Below are positions 23,601-32,213 of a stretch of 54,609 bases of DNA, piece after piece. The notes below the pieces were generated by a model. That model worked only from the letters and a program-made list of their open reading frames with translations, had not been told where the DNA came from and did no database searches. The position numbers were made by a program, and so were the translations under genes. Source of the stretch: Stramenopiles sp. TOSAG23-2 (taxonomy: Eukaryota); the NCBI GenBank assembly GCA_900128395.1, contig LT649260.1, positions 1-54,609 of the forward strand, read 5' to 3'. The first letter of the stretch is position 1. Each line of letters opens with the position of its first letter.

Positions 23601-23795
23601 AAAATTATTTCAAACGAAAGTCCATTATACAATTTACGTGGTAAAGAAGTGTTTGCATCATTTAAAACGGAAAGGCATAGTACATTTCCATTGATTTTAT
23701 TTGGTGCTGGGCAAGGTGGTAAAGAAGGTGCATGTGGTGTATTAGGTGATATTATACGTGTTTCACAACAATTACGAGGTGTAGGTAGTTATTGA
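20661..23795 (+). CDS. Bifunctional aspartokinase / homoserine dehydrogenase-like protein with ACT domains
   Basis: AK motifs 'KFGGSSV', 'VVSA.G.TTD', 'SFGERLS', 'TTLGRNGSDYTA', 'TDVDGVMTADPR'. HSDH motifs 'STVGGSLP', 'EEDPRVDLLGLDFVRKL', 'GAGQG'. Confidence 0.92.
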   Translation: MLSPSAAVPSVKRNASFNHIPKKRKIQPVDEDDDNKNINNTNNNKNTAIEANHQLALSGICPPLASTTIPPLTPSSNEPNGNNNNNKPPPKNVYSVFKFGGSSVGTPSRLRSVISTIERLASNNKTNSEKLAVVVSAQGNTTDWLLDAADYATAGNLEAALACVDRVAELAITNAVAVSGRGEVASVRKFLDPLRKIIRGMSLLKEGTSVSLDFALSFGERLSAFIMTQILNARNINAIYLDARSWVETDDSFGQAKVNFAKSCQHINHLWHAWGDAVVVCTGFVGQTCDGRTTTLGRNGSDYTATLLAGALRANKVVINTDVDGVMTADPRIVQDAVPVAELSYREALGLADYGTGMFHPRTFIPLIETNVPMYIRNSVGRPDAIGTRISSNGLKEPTSDDNEDDNNNNNSSSNNNNNSNVKNKRPTCVTSLEKLAMIEIVSRREQGALNLFQFGGKISKILAEAGVNVFMESQAAHGQSVVVLVHMNELERSKKLIGKDLDAWFKSKDLDPIHIIKNVTMLSVVQGNIREMTNVAARFTGTLGALGVNILAVAEGSHSFTCTIPGAMTQRAVLGVHSSFNLSCQRCSLVIVAGTKGLHGSGTTSSSLIKVLEEQANMLERDQEVQLKVVGTVSEYGCLFEKEGLGLKDALDSLLRTDRHSNNNNNNNGDTIEGKLFHAIEFLKDLPNPIFVDCSGRNGEQQNAIYKRCLDLGISIVLSSSMSICGLSENVLPMTASARLFGGHSTISRNYCGSMSPKPSSSPVFSSSSSSSDDDNNNYYDNANGESNHVVPFGTSAKGAYLFFDSTVGGSLPILSTLRSLLKTGDRVVSLECALSGSMNAITCDISQGTSLSNAIEKACMNKYMEEDPRVDLLGLDFVRKLVVIARQIGVAMTVDDVEVTPLIPEDVLGTPDLSNLLMTNDEDKEMKKNIIKYETTFQKLYGHQKDKVIRFAGCINIEYSNDSNHNKTITRAKATIGPKIISNESPLYNLRGKEVFASFKTERHSTFPLILFGAGQGGKEGACGVLGDIIRVSQQLRGVGSY

Positions 23796-24042
23796 TTTTA
23801 AAAATATTTGTATTACATATTAGAGAGAGAGAGGATGGGAGGTGACATAAACGAATGTTACCACATTACATCATACACGCCTGATTTCGAAGAAGAGCAC
23901 AAAAGAGTGTTAGTAGTGGGGAAAGGACTTTTCTGAGAGAAGAAAAATATAACAACCACCACAGCAAATATAATAAAACACATCATATTTTTATACTTTT
24001 GTTCAATTTTTTTCACACACATACATATATTTATAAGCTTCC

Positions 24043-24561
24043 TTGTAAATGAGACGGCAGATCCAGTCGATCTCTCAAAATTTAAAACGTCGGGTTTGGT
24101 GATTTAGTATGGGAATAGCAGGTATTATAATTTAGTGCTGTGTATATATTATTGCGATAGACATATTTGTACTTAGTAGAATATATATATTACATAGGAA
24201 ACAGATAATACAAATTTTGATAGGAGTAGAAATTGTTAATGTTAATAATTTAAGTACGTCTATCGCAATAATATATACACAGCATTAAATTATAACATCA
24301 TTGCGAGAGACATATTTATACTTAGTAGAATATACATGTTACATAGGAAACAGCTCATACAAATTTTGATAGGAGTAGAAATTGTTAGTGTTAGTGCTAC
24401 GTCTATTGCAATAATATATACACAGCATTAAATTATACCACCTGTTATTCCCATACTAAATCACCAACCCGACGTTTAAATGAGCATTAAATTATAACAC
24501 CTGCTATTCCCATACTAAATCACCACGGTTTAAATTTTGAGATCTGCCGTCTCAATTACAA
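24043..24561. mobile_element. Non-autonomous foldback / MITE-like element with long terminal inverted repeats and internal direct repeats
   Basis: Left end TTGTAAATGAGACGGCAGATC pairs with right end GATCTGCCGTCTCAATTACAA (1 mismatch). The inner arm GGTGATTTAGTATGGGAATAGCAGGT... is mirrored twice at 24400-24525. A ~95-bp direct repeat sits at 24152 and 24301. No coding capacity. Confidence 0.75.
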
Positions 24562-24562
24562 T

Positions 24563-25596
24563 TTACAAAAGCTATATGATGGATCAAGATTATTTTTTAA
24601 ACAAATTTATAATCCGTATTTAATATCTTTACTCGGTTTACTCAGTAGGCATAGTCCAGATAATTTAGGAGAAAGAGATGAAAATAACATGGATAATGAT
24701 AATAATAGTGAAGACGAAGATGATGATGATTATGAAAATAGTATGAACAATCCATATGTAAGAGAAAAAGCATATCGCACGAAAACAGCATCTACACTTT
24801 CACGTGTTGAAAAACTTCAAGATTTTGAAAGTTTATTACGAGAATCATTTTTGCGTCGCAAAGGTATTCCACCATTTCTATTTGGAAAACCATTTAAACA
24901 TGTAATGGAAGTTTTTACTGAAAAGTACAATACATTGCCTGTTGCATTAATCACTTCCAGTGGCAAATTGATTATATGCCCAAATCAAAACCACATAGTT
25001 GATAAATCTGATTCTTTATTATGCACGGTACGTGTAAATTCTATTTCCCTAAACCCAACATAGGTATCCTCTCTAACACATCTCTCATTTTCACACGCTA
25101 CGCTCCACAGGTACCAATGGAATATGATCAATTTTTGAATCAATCAATCAATGCAGTTAGACATGCTCGTGGCAAAGATAGTATGAAAGAAAGAAGAGAA
25201 TTATTACGATCTACGCATCGTTTAATATTGCAACAACTACAAGCAGTTGAAAATATTCTAGAACGAATTAATTACGTTTTGAGGCAGGTAGAAAAAGAAA
25301 ATCCAGATCAGTTTCATGATGATCGTGATGGAAAAAAGAATAATGAAACAAATAATAATAATAATAATGAAGAAGAAACATTAAGTGAAAAAGCTGAAAA
25401 TTTATTAAATGCTGTAATTGGAGTAAGGAAAACTTTAAGGGAAAAACAACATGTACTGAAAGGCATTGCATTAGAAAAAAGTGAAAGTGTAGAAGCAGCT
25501 GAAGTTGTATTTCAACAAGTTACTATTAATCAATCTTTAATGAATATATTAGAAGAAAAATGTACTGAATTGCAAAAAAAAGCTGTCGTACATTGA
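24563..25596 (+). pseudogene. 3' fragment of a BK/Slo-type channel-like gene (RCK2-like region plus coiled tail); intron 25028-25110
   Basis: The open frame upstream of ATG 24689 reads 'QIYNPYLISLL', followed by 'GKPFKHVMEVFTEKYNTLPVAL...LIICPNQNHIVDKSDSLLC'. Intron GTACGT...CTCTAAC...CAG joins 'LLCT|VPMEY' in frame. No transmembrane part lies upstream. The splice is well supported; the family call is tentative. Confidence 0.5.
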
Positions 25597-26259
25597 TAGA
25601 ATTGATGATTGATTTAAAATAATCTAGAAATATATAAGTATCTCTTCACAATAAATTCATTTTATACAACACAAGTTATTAATTTCATTTATGATCTAGA
25701 ATTGATCTTGATTTAAAATAATCTAGAAAATATATAAGTATCTCTTCATAAATTATTAATATTTCATATTATTGTTATATAGGAAAGAAAAGGGGGAAAG
25801 AATACAGTATTTTTGTATTTTGAGCATAAACACCACATTTCCCACCTTAACCTTCACACCAGCAAAAGAACACCACCTGCCTACTGCCTCTACTGGTAAA
25901 AATGGATCAGGCTAAAGTGTTTTTGTGATAGGTATATATGCTTGGTAGTATACTAAATTGAAAAAACATCCCGAAAAAACTTCAAAAATTTTTTTTTTTT
26001 TTTCTTTTTTATTTTTTATTTTTTTTAAATTAAAAAATTAAAAGAGCAATGTATGCCCACCGTTGTGCATCGTTCGTCGTTCGTTCTTTCGTGTATTTAT
26101 ATAGGTTTGTTTTATTTATTTGGTAAATAGTCTATCAATAATATTCATTTTAGTGTGTGTGTGTGTGTGTGTGTGTGGATATATACTATATACGATAGAA
26201 AAAATATTTTATTTTTTTTTTTTTAATTTTTTGGGTGTGCTATAATTGTTAATATAAAT

Positions 26260-29200
26260 ATGTCAACGGAACAAGAGGATAATAATAAACCAAAACATGT
26301 GACACGTGAAGGAAAAGATGGCTCTGGGTATGTAGGAGGCTGGTTAGGTGGCAAGGCACAAGGTAAGGGGAAATATACATGGCCAGACGGTGCTTATTAT
26401 GACGGTGACTGGGATAAAGGTTTAAGTCATGGATTTGGTGAATTAGTCGAAGCTAATGGGCGTATATATAAAGGATTTTGGGTTCGTGATAAACAACATG
26501 GCCACGGAAATATCACATATCCAGACGGTACGACGTATCAAGGTGATTTTAAAAATGGGAAGAAACATGGTAGTGGTACTATGAACATTTCAACCGGGGA
26601 TGTGTATGTTGGTGAATTTGAAAATGATAAAATGCATGGAAATGGTAAAATGGTACGGAACAAAACTGGCATTGAATTTGAAGGTGTCTTTGTAAATGGT
26701 ATCATCAAAGAAGGTACATTTAAGTCACCTAATGGCGGTTCATATGTTGGTCAATTTTTAAGGAAAGGCCAACAACATGGGAAAGGAATTTACTTTGATC
26801 CTAATGGAGAGAAAGAATATGACGGATATTTTATATTAGGGAAAACATGTTCAAAAGAAGAATTTGATAAATATGAAATAGAACATCCAATGTCATCCGA
26901 AGAACAGCAACAAAATGTTAATAACACCGATAATAATAATAATAAAAACAACAACAACAACAATAATAATAATAATGCAAATGTCACAGATTATAAAGGG
27001 AATTATCCAATTTATTATTTAATACATGAAAATCGACCAGCGGAGGAAATTTTACAATACATCGACAACAATTCACCAACGGAGAAAGTTTTAGGTAGTA
27101 TTGATATCAAGACTGGTCGTACATTATTACATACATGTTGTTACAGGGGAGATGATATTAGGACAATACGTAAATTAATAAAATATGCACCAAAAAATGT
27201 ATTGGTGAGAGATAATCGTGGTGGTTATCCACTGCATAGTTTTTGTTTTGGACTTCGTGAGGACAATCGTTTGGATATTTTATATGAGTTACTGAAAGCG
27301 TATCCTGGTGCCATTAAAGAAAAAACACGCAATGGAAATACCCCATTGAGCCTTGCATGTTGGAGGGGTTTAAAGGCTATAATACCGGCCTTGTTAGCAT
27401 TTGATAAAAACCAGATAAACGTGCCAAACAATAGGGGAGAAAGACCACGAGATTTTGTAGTCAATAATCCAGAAATATTAAATATGTTGGAAAATGTTGA
27501 GCAAGTAATCAATACAGTTAAATCTACAATGTTAGAAAGCGAAAGCGGTAAATTGATGGTTGATTTAATCGAACGTGTAAATAAGAATACAACGGCTAAA
27601 AATGAAGAATTAGAAAAAGCAAAGAGGAAATTACGAGATGTGTTAAAAATGAAAAATAGCCAACCTTGGATGAGGTCTAAATTAATGATCGTTGGTGAAG
27701 GTAGAAGTGGAAAAACTAGTACGTTACGTAATTTAATGGGTCAAGAATTTCGCCATGATGAGAAAAGCACGATTGGTGCAAAAACAGATGAATGCATTGT
27801 AAACCATTTTAGTGTAAACATAAATCGATTAAATAGTGAAGAGGCTTGGAGGTCTATAAAGAATGATCCAAATTCAGAAGGTGATTTTGATCATGCAGCT
27901 GCGATGGCATTGAACAAAGAGCTGGAACGTGGAGCAGATCATAATAGTAATAATAACAATACACCTATCAACCAAATGGAAACAAAGAAAGACAATGTTG
28001 ATATGGATGAGGCAAACATTGATGAAGAAACTAATTCTATGAATGGTAAGATTAAAAAAAAAACACCACCACCAAGTCTAAATATTGAAACATCAAATGT
28101 AAATAATAATAATAATATGGAAAATGGCACAACAATTACAAACACAAAAAAGCCATTAATAACATCATCTCAATTGCCGCCCGAAATAATTAAACATTAT
28201 GGTGAAATGAACATAGAAAACTTGTTAAAAGTAAGTGATAGTTTAAAGCTTGGTGTTTGGGACTATGGGGGGCAAGAAATATTCTATGCAATACATCATC
28301 TATTTTTAACTAGATTTGGCGTATATTTAGTATTATTTGACATGCAAAAATTATTAGTTGTTGATTCGGAAACTTCGAATGAATATGCAAAAGCAATGAA
28401 ACTTCTTCATTTTTGGTTGAATTCCATTGCATTATATGGCCGATCCACCTTTCATAACAATAATAACAATGATAGTAAAATGGAAGATAAAGGATCCCCA
28501 ATTTTATTAATTGGCTCGCACAAGGATATCATTAAAGACAAAGATAAACATCGTGAAATATCTGAAAAGTTAAAGTTAGAATTTTCGAATCATTTTAAAG
28601 ATCAGAGAATTATACAAAACGATGAAGACACTTTATGTTTCTTCCCTGTTGATAATACGGATAATAATGATGAGATAATAAAACGTGTGCGCAACAAAGC
28701 GGCGCAAGCCATAGCAGAAGAATCATATATACAAGATGAATATCCGATGCCATGGATGAAAGTTTGTGATGAATTAAAGAAGAAAAGTCGACAAATAGCA
28801 CATTTGAGTTTTGATGAAGTTTGTGATCTGAGTCGGGAAGCTGGAATAATTGATAAAGATGAAGTAAAAGCCATGTTGGAGCATTTTCATGAACTAGGTG
28901 TAGTCATTTACTATGGAAATCGGGAGGAATTAAATAAATTAGTTATCTTAGATCCACAGTGGATTGTTGATCGTATATCTGACGTTATACGAGAGTACAG
29001 TGCTGAAGCCGCGTTGCATTCCAGGGCACGTGATCAAATAGCAATGTCCATGTCAGCAGAATGGACTGAATTGACTACTAGAGGAATTTTAAGTAAACGT
29101 TTATTGCGACATTTGTGGAGAGGTGATAGGCCAAATCTACAATTTCTGTTAACATTGATGCAAACATTTGCCTTGATTGTACCGCTAAAAATTCCTGCAG

Positions 29201-31449
29201 AAGGTTCCATTCTGTTGGAATATATGGTGCCAAATTTGTTGCCAAGTAATGAAAGGTTGAAAGCAACAATTCTTAGTAAAATAAATAGTGAGAATTCCAA
29301 TAAAAACAAGGTTATAGAAATTTCTTTTAAAGATTTTGTACCAAATGGCATCTTTGGTCGATTTTTAGTTGTGGCTTTGGAGTATAATTTTTCCTTGCAA
29401 CTGCAACAAATGGATATAGCTCCTCCAAACGCTGCACGATTAACAACATTAGCAGAAATAAATATCAATTCTCCTAAAAATATTGCACGAAGCTTTTCAT
29501 CTAAAGATCTGGAAGAGAACGGCTCGGAATTGTATAGATCATGGGCTGCATTTTCTATTGAAAAAATTGGCTTTGTAATTACGAAAGAAAAATATGGCTT
29601 TACTGTGTATGTATTAGGCGATAACAATGATACGAGGAACGATAATTTAACCCGTTTATGCAAATTACTTAGTGGTTTATTAGATATCTTAAATACTGAA
29701 TTTTACAATTCAAGGTTAGAAATATATATGAAAACGCCAAACGATGTTGATCCTGTGCCTTTGAATAGTAACAATTTTACTTGGCCTAGACCATCACCAA
29801 ATTTATTGGCTACACCAAAATCAAAAACGGCCCCGGCATATTTACGGCGGAAAGCTGTTGAACAAGGTTACTATACCCTGCCGGATTTAACTAATAGAAG
29901 ACAGGGTAATAACGAACGAGATTCAAACTTTGATTTAGTTCAAGTTGAAAACTTTGTTGTCGGGCGTAATGGGTATGGGAAAATACATTGGTTAACACCA
30001 TTGGATTTAACTGGCGTTGGTGCAATTGATGATATTATTTACATTCAAAATGGTGACGTTTCCCTATATGAATTCCATGAGAAAGAACCAGCGGTTGGGG
30101 AAGAGTTAAATAATCCTGCTAGAATTACATTTGAAAATGTGTACCCGAATGTAGTGACGTTTAAAACAGAAAATAAAGAAGCTAGTGAGGATGAACAGAA
30201 AAAAATTATGGCGCGCTTTAAACGTCGTATTCAGCGTATTGCAAATAAACGCAACTATAAAAACAATAAATATGACGAAAATACGGGCATTTGGCAGTTT
30301 GAGGTAGAGCATTTTTCTCGTCATGGTTATCACGGCGATGATGATGATTTAGTGAAATGGCTACAGGAAACACTATGGTCAAAACCGAAAATCCAAGAGA
30401 AGAAGAAGGAACAAGCTGAAGATTACGCTGGGGGTCTCATTTTTCATGAATTTTATTATGAAGAAGTAATAGGTGACGATCCTCCATCCGAATTGGTATT
30501 AGTATCGGCTGGAATTCATCCCGTGCATGTGAAGAAATTAATACGTGTATTGTATAAGCTCAACCCTAATCGGGAAGATTATAAACAGCTAGTTGAGCAT
30601 TATAATAAAGGGGGAGGTGTGGTAGCTACGTATAACCACCCACAAGACACATCTACTACAAATTCGGGAAATCAAAAACAATCTAGTTCAAATAATAATA
30701 ATAATAACAAGCCGGAAAAACAGAAGCCGGCAGCTGTCGTCTCACAAGTGAAACCGGTAGAAACAACACTTGCTTATGATGTGTTTTTAAGTCATGACTG
30801 GGGGACATTCAAATGCCCAGACAAAGGTACTGCTGTAAAAAATCATGAAAGAGTCAAGCTTATTAATGAAGCTTTAAAGGAAAGTGGCTTGGTAACTTGG
30901 TTTGATGAAGAAGAAATGAGTGGATGTTTAGATGATGCAATGGAGAAGGGAATATCGCAATCTACTTGCTTCTTAGCCTTTATTACAGAAAATTATATGA
31001 AGAAAGTAGGCGGATTAGCACCTGCTGGCGATGCCGACAATTGTCGGAGGGAGTTTGTCTACGCGGCTTTGAAAAAACAACGGCCAAATAAAATGATGAT
31101 ACCTATAGTCATGGATGCTACACAAAGAACTCCAGCTGAGTGGATTTCACTTGTTGCTTTTCATTTAGGCAGTGATCTGTATATGGATATGTCTTCTCCT
31201 AAACTATGGGATGCTACAAAACCTGAATCTAAAGACGAGTTTAAAAAATGTGTTTCAAAACTAATAACTGATTTTATTGAGAGGAAAATTAAGAAAGACG
31301 GAAAGACTTTGATTAAATCGAAAAATGTAGTGGTTGGCTCTGCTAGAAATGCTGTAAATGCTATTAGAGGTACCACAAGTAACAACACAACTAGTGCACC
31401 ACTGTCGAAGCCATCATTGAAACAAAGAAAAAATTCTGGGCCTAAATGA
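26260..31449 (+). CDS. Roco-family protein: MORN repeats - ankyrin repeats - Roc GTPase - COR - Nup98-type autopeptidase (S59) - SAM-like - TIR
   Basis: MORN 'Y.G.W.....HG.G' repeats (aa ~20-195); ankyrins 'GRTLLH', 'GYPLH', 'GNTPLSLA'; P-loop GEGRSGKTS (aa 479-487), 'STIG', 'WDYGGQ', 'GSHKD'; COR 'LEHFHELGVVIYY...VILDPQWI'; 'GYYTLP...VENFVVGRNGYGKI...VGEELN.PA.ITF...TGIWQFEVEHFS' (aa 1203-1353); TIR 'YDVFLSHDWG...TWFDEEEM...NCRREF'. Confidence 0.9.
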   Translation: MSTEQEDNNKPKHVTREGKDGSGYVGGWLGGKAQGKGKYTWPDGAYYDGDWDKGLSHGFGELVEANGRIYKGFWVRDKQHGHGNITYPDGTTYQGDFKNGKKHGSGTMNISTGDVYVGEFENDKMHGNGKMVRNKTGIEFEGVFVNGIIKEGTFKSPNGGSYVGQFLRKGQQHGKGIYFDPNGEKEYDGYFILGKTCSKEEFDKYEIEHPMSSEEQQQNVNNTDNNNNKNNNNNNNNNNANVTDYKGNYPIYYLIHENRPAEEILQYIDNNSPTEKVLGSIDIKTGRTLLHTCCYRGDDIRTIRKLIKYAPKNVLVRDNRGGYPLHSFCFGLREDNRLDILYELLKAYPGAIKEKTRNGNTPLSLACWRGLKAIIPALLAFDKNQINVPNNRGERPRDFVVNNPEILNMLENVEQVINTVKSTMLESESGKLMVDLIERVNKNTTAKNEELEKAKRKLRDVLKMKNSQPWMRSKLMIVGEGRSGKTSTLRNLMGQEFRHDEKSTIGAKTDECIVNHFSVNINRLNSEEAWRSIKNDPNSEGDFDHAAAMALNKELERGADHNSNNNNTPINQMETKKDNVDMDEANIDEETNSMNGKIKKKTPPPSLNIETSNVNNNNNMENGTTITNTKKPLITSSQLPPEIIKHYGEMNIENLLKVSDSLKLGVWDYGGQEIFYAIHHLFLTRFGVYLVLFDMQKLLVVDSETSNEYAKAMKLLHFWLNSIALYGRSTFHNNNNNDSKMEDKGSPILLIGSHKDIIKDKDKHREISEKLKLEFSNHFKDQRIIQNDEDTLCFFPVDNTDNNDEIIKRVRNKAAQAIAEESYIQDEYPMPWMKVCDELKKKSRQIAHLSFDEVCDLSREAGIIDKDEVKAMLEHFHELGVVIYYGNREELNKLVILDPQWIVDRISDVIREYSAEAALHSRARDQIAMSMSAEWTELTTRGILSKRLLRHLWRGDRPNLQFLLTLMQTFALIVPLKIPAEGSILLEYMVPNLLPSNERLKATILSKINSENSNKNKVIEISFKDFVPNGIFGRFLVVALEYNFSLQLQQMDIAPPNAARLTTLAEININSPKNIARSFSSKDLEENGSELYRSWAAFSIEKIGFVITKEKYGFTVYVLGDNNDTRNDNLTRLCKLLSGLLDILNTEFYNSRLEIYMKTPNDVDPVPLNSNNFTWPRPSPNLLATPKSKTAPAYLRRKAVEQGYYTLPDLTNRRQGNNERDSNFDLVQVENFVVGRNGYGKIHWLTPLDLTGVGAIDDIIYIQNGDVSLYEFHEKEPAVGEELNNPARITFENVYPNVVTFKTENKEASEDEQKKIMARFKRRIQRIANKRNYKNNKYDENTGIWQFEVEHFSRHGYHGDDDDLVKWLQETLWSKPKIQEKKKEQAEDYAGGLIFHEFYYEEVIGDDPPSELVLVSAGIHPVHVKKLIRVLYKLNPNREDYKQLVEHYNKGGGVVATYNHPQDTSTTNSGNQKQSSSNNNNNNKPEKQKPAAVVSQVKPVETTLAYDVFLSHDWGTFKCPDKGTAVKNHERVKLINEALKESGLVTWFDEEEMSGCLDDAMEKGISQSTCFLAFITENYMKKVGGLAPAGDADNCRREFVYAALKKQRPNKMMIPIVMDATQRTPAEWISLVAFHLGSDLYMDMSSPKLWDATKPESKDEFKKCVSKLITDFIERKIKKDGKTLIKSKNVVVGSARNAVNAIRGTTSNNTTSAPLSKPSLKQRKNSGPK

Positions 31450-32213
31450 GGTAGATGGTAAATAATGATAATCTTTTATATATATATTATAATAATGATG
31501 TTTAAAATGATGGTTAAAATCTATAAGATATTTAAAAATATATCGGTGATAAGATTGCATCTACTCCCGGGTTCCGGGATAATGCGGAAACAAAAGAATA
31601 TACTTGTAAACACAAGTAAGATGATATAATGTGTGGTTAATGATGTAGAAGATAGTTTAAAAGAGAATGAGAGAGAATGAATTGATCATCAAAAGAATAT
31701 ATACATATGTAAATACTATGATGATGATGTATGATAGAAGATGTGTTTGAAGAGAATTAATTGATAATATTGATTTAAAATAAAAGTTAGAGTAATGCAT
31801 TAATTTTATACGGAATTTTACGAGTATATTTTATTTTATAATTTAGTCATTATTAATATACGTACAAATAATATGTCATTACGTACATATTAAAAAAAAT
31901 ATTTTTACTCTTCCTCTCAAGACTCAAGACGATTGTCTTTGAATACATTGAGCTGTAACTTCGGTACGTATAATATATTTGTGTACAGTGTACAGTGTAC
32001 ACAATACACACACACACATACGCCTTTTCCCTTCTTTTTTCTTTTTTATTTTTTTCTCTTGTACGAACGCTTCGTAATATCTTTAATTTTCAGATTTTTC
32101 GACACAAAATGTAATTTAAAAGAACACACCATATTTTATTTAACCATACTTCTCCAACCTCCGCGCTTTCTTTTCTTTTTACTAGTTCTTTTTAACATCT
32201 TGACTTTCTTATT

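Noticed and set aside
23865-23925. Orphan minus-strand branch point and acceptor (TACTAAC...pyrimidine tract...CAG)
   Set aside because: No upstream donor or exon could be tied to it, so it cannot be supported as a gene.
29866-30318. Calling the large ORF the nucleoporin NUP98-96
   Set aside because: No FG/GLFG repeats, GLEBS motif or Nup96 body. Only the autopeptidase domain is present, embedded in a Roco-TIR protein.
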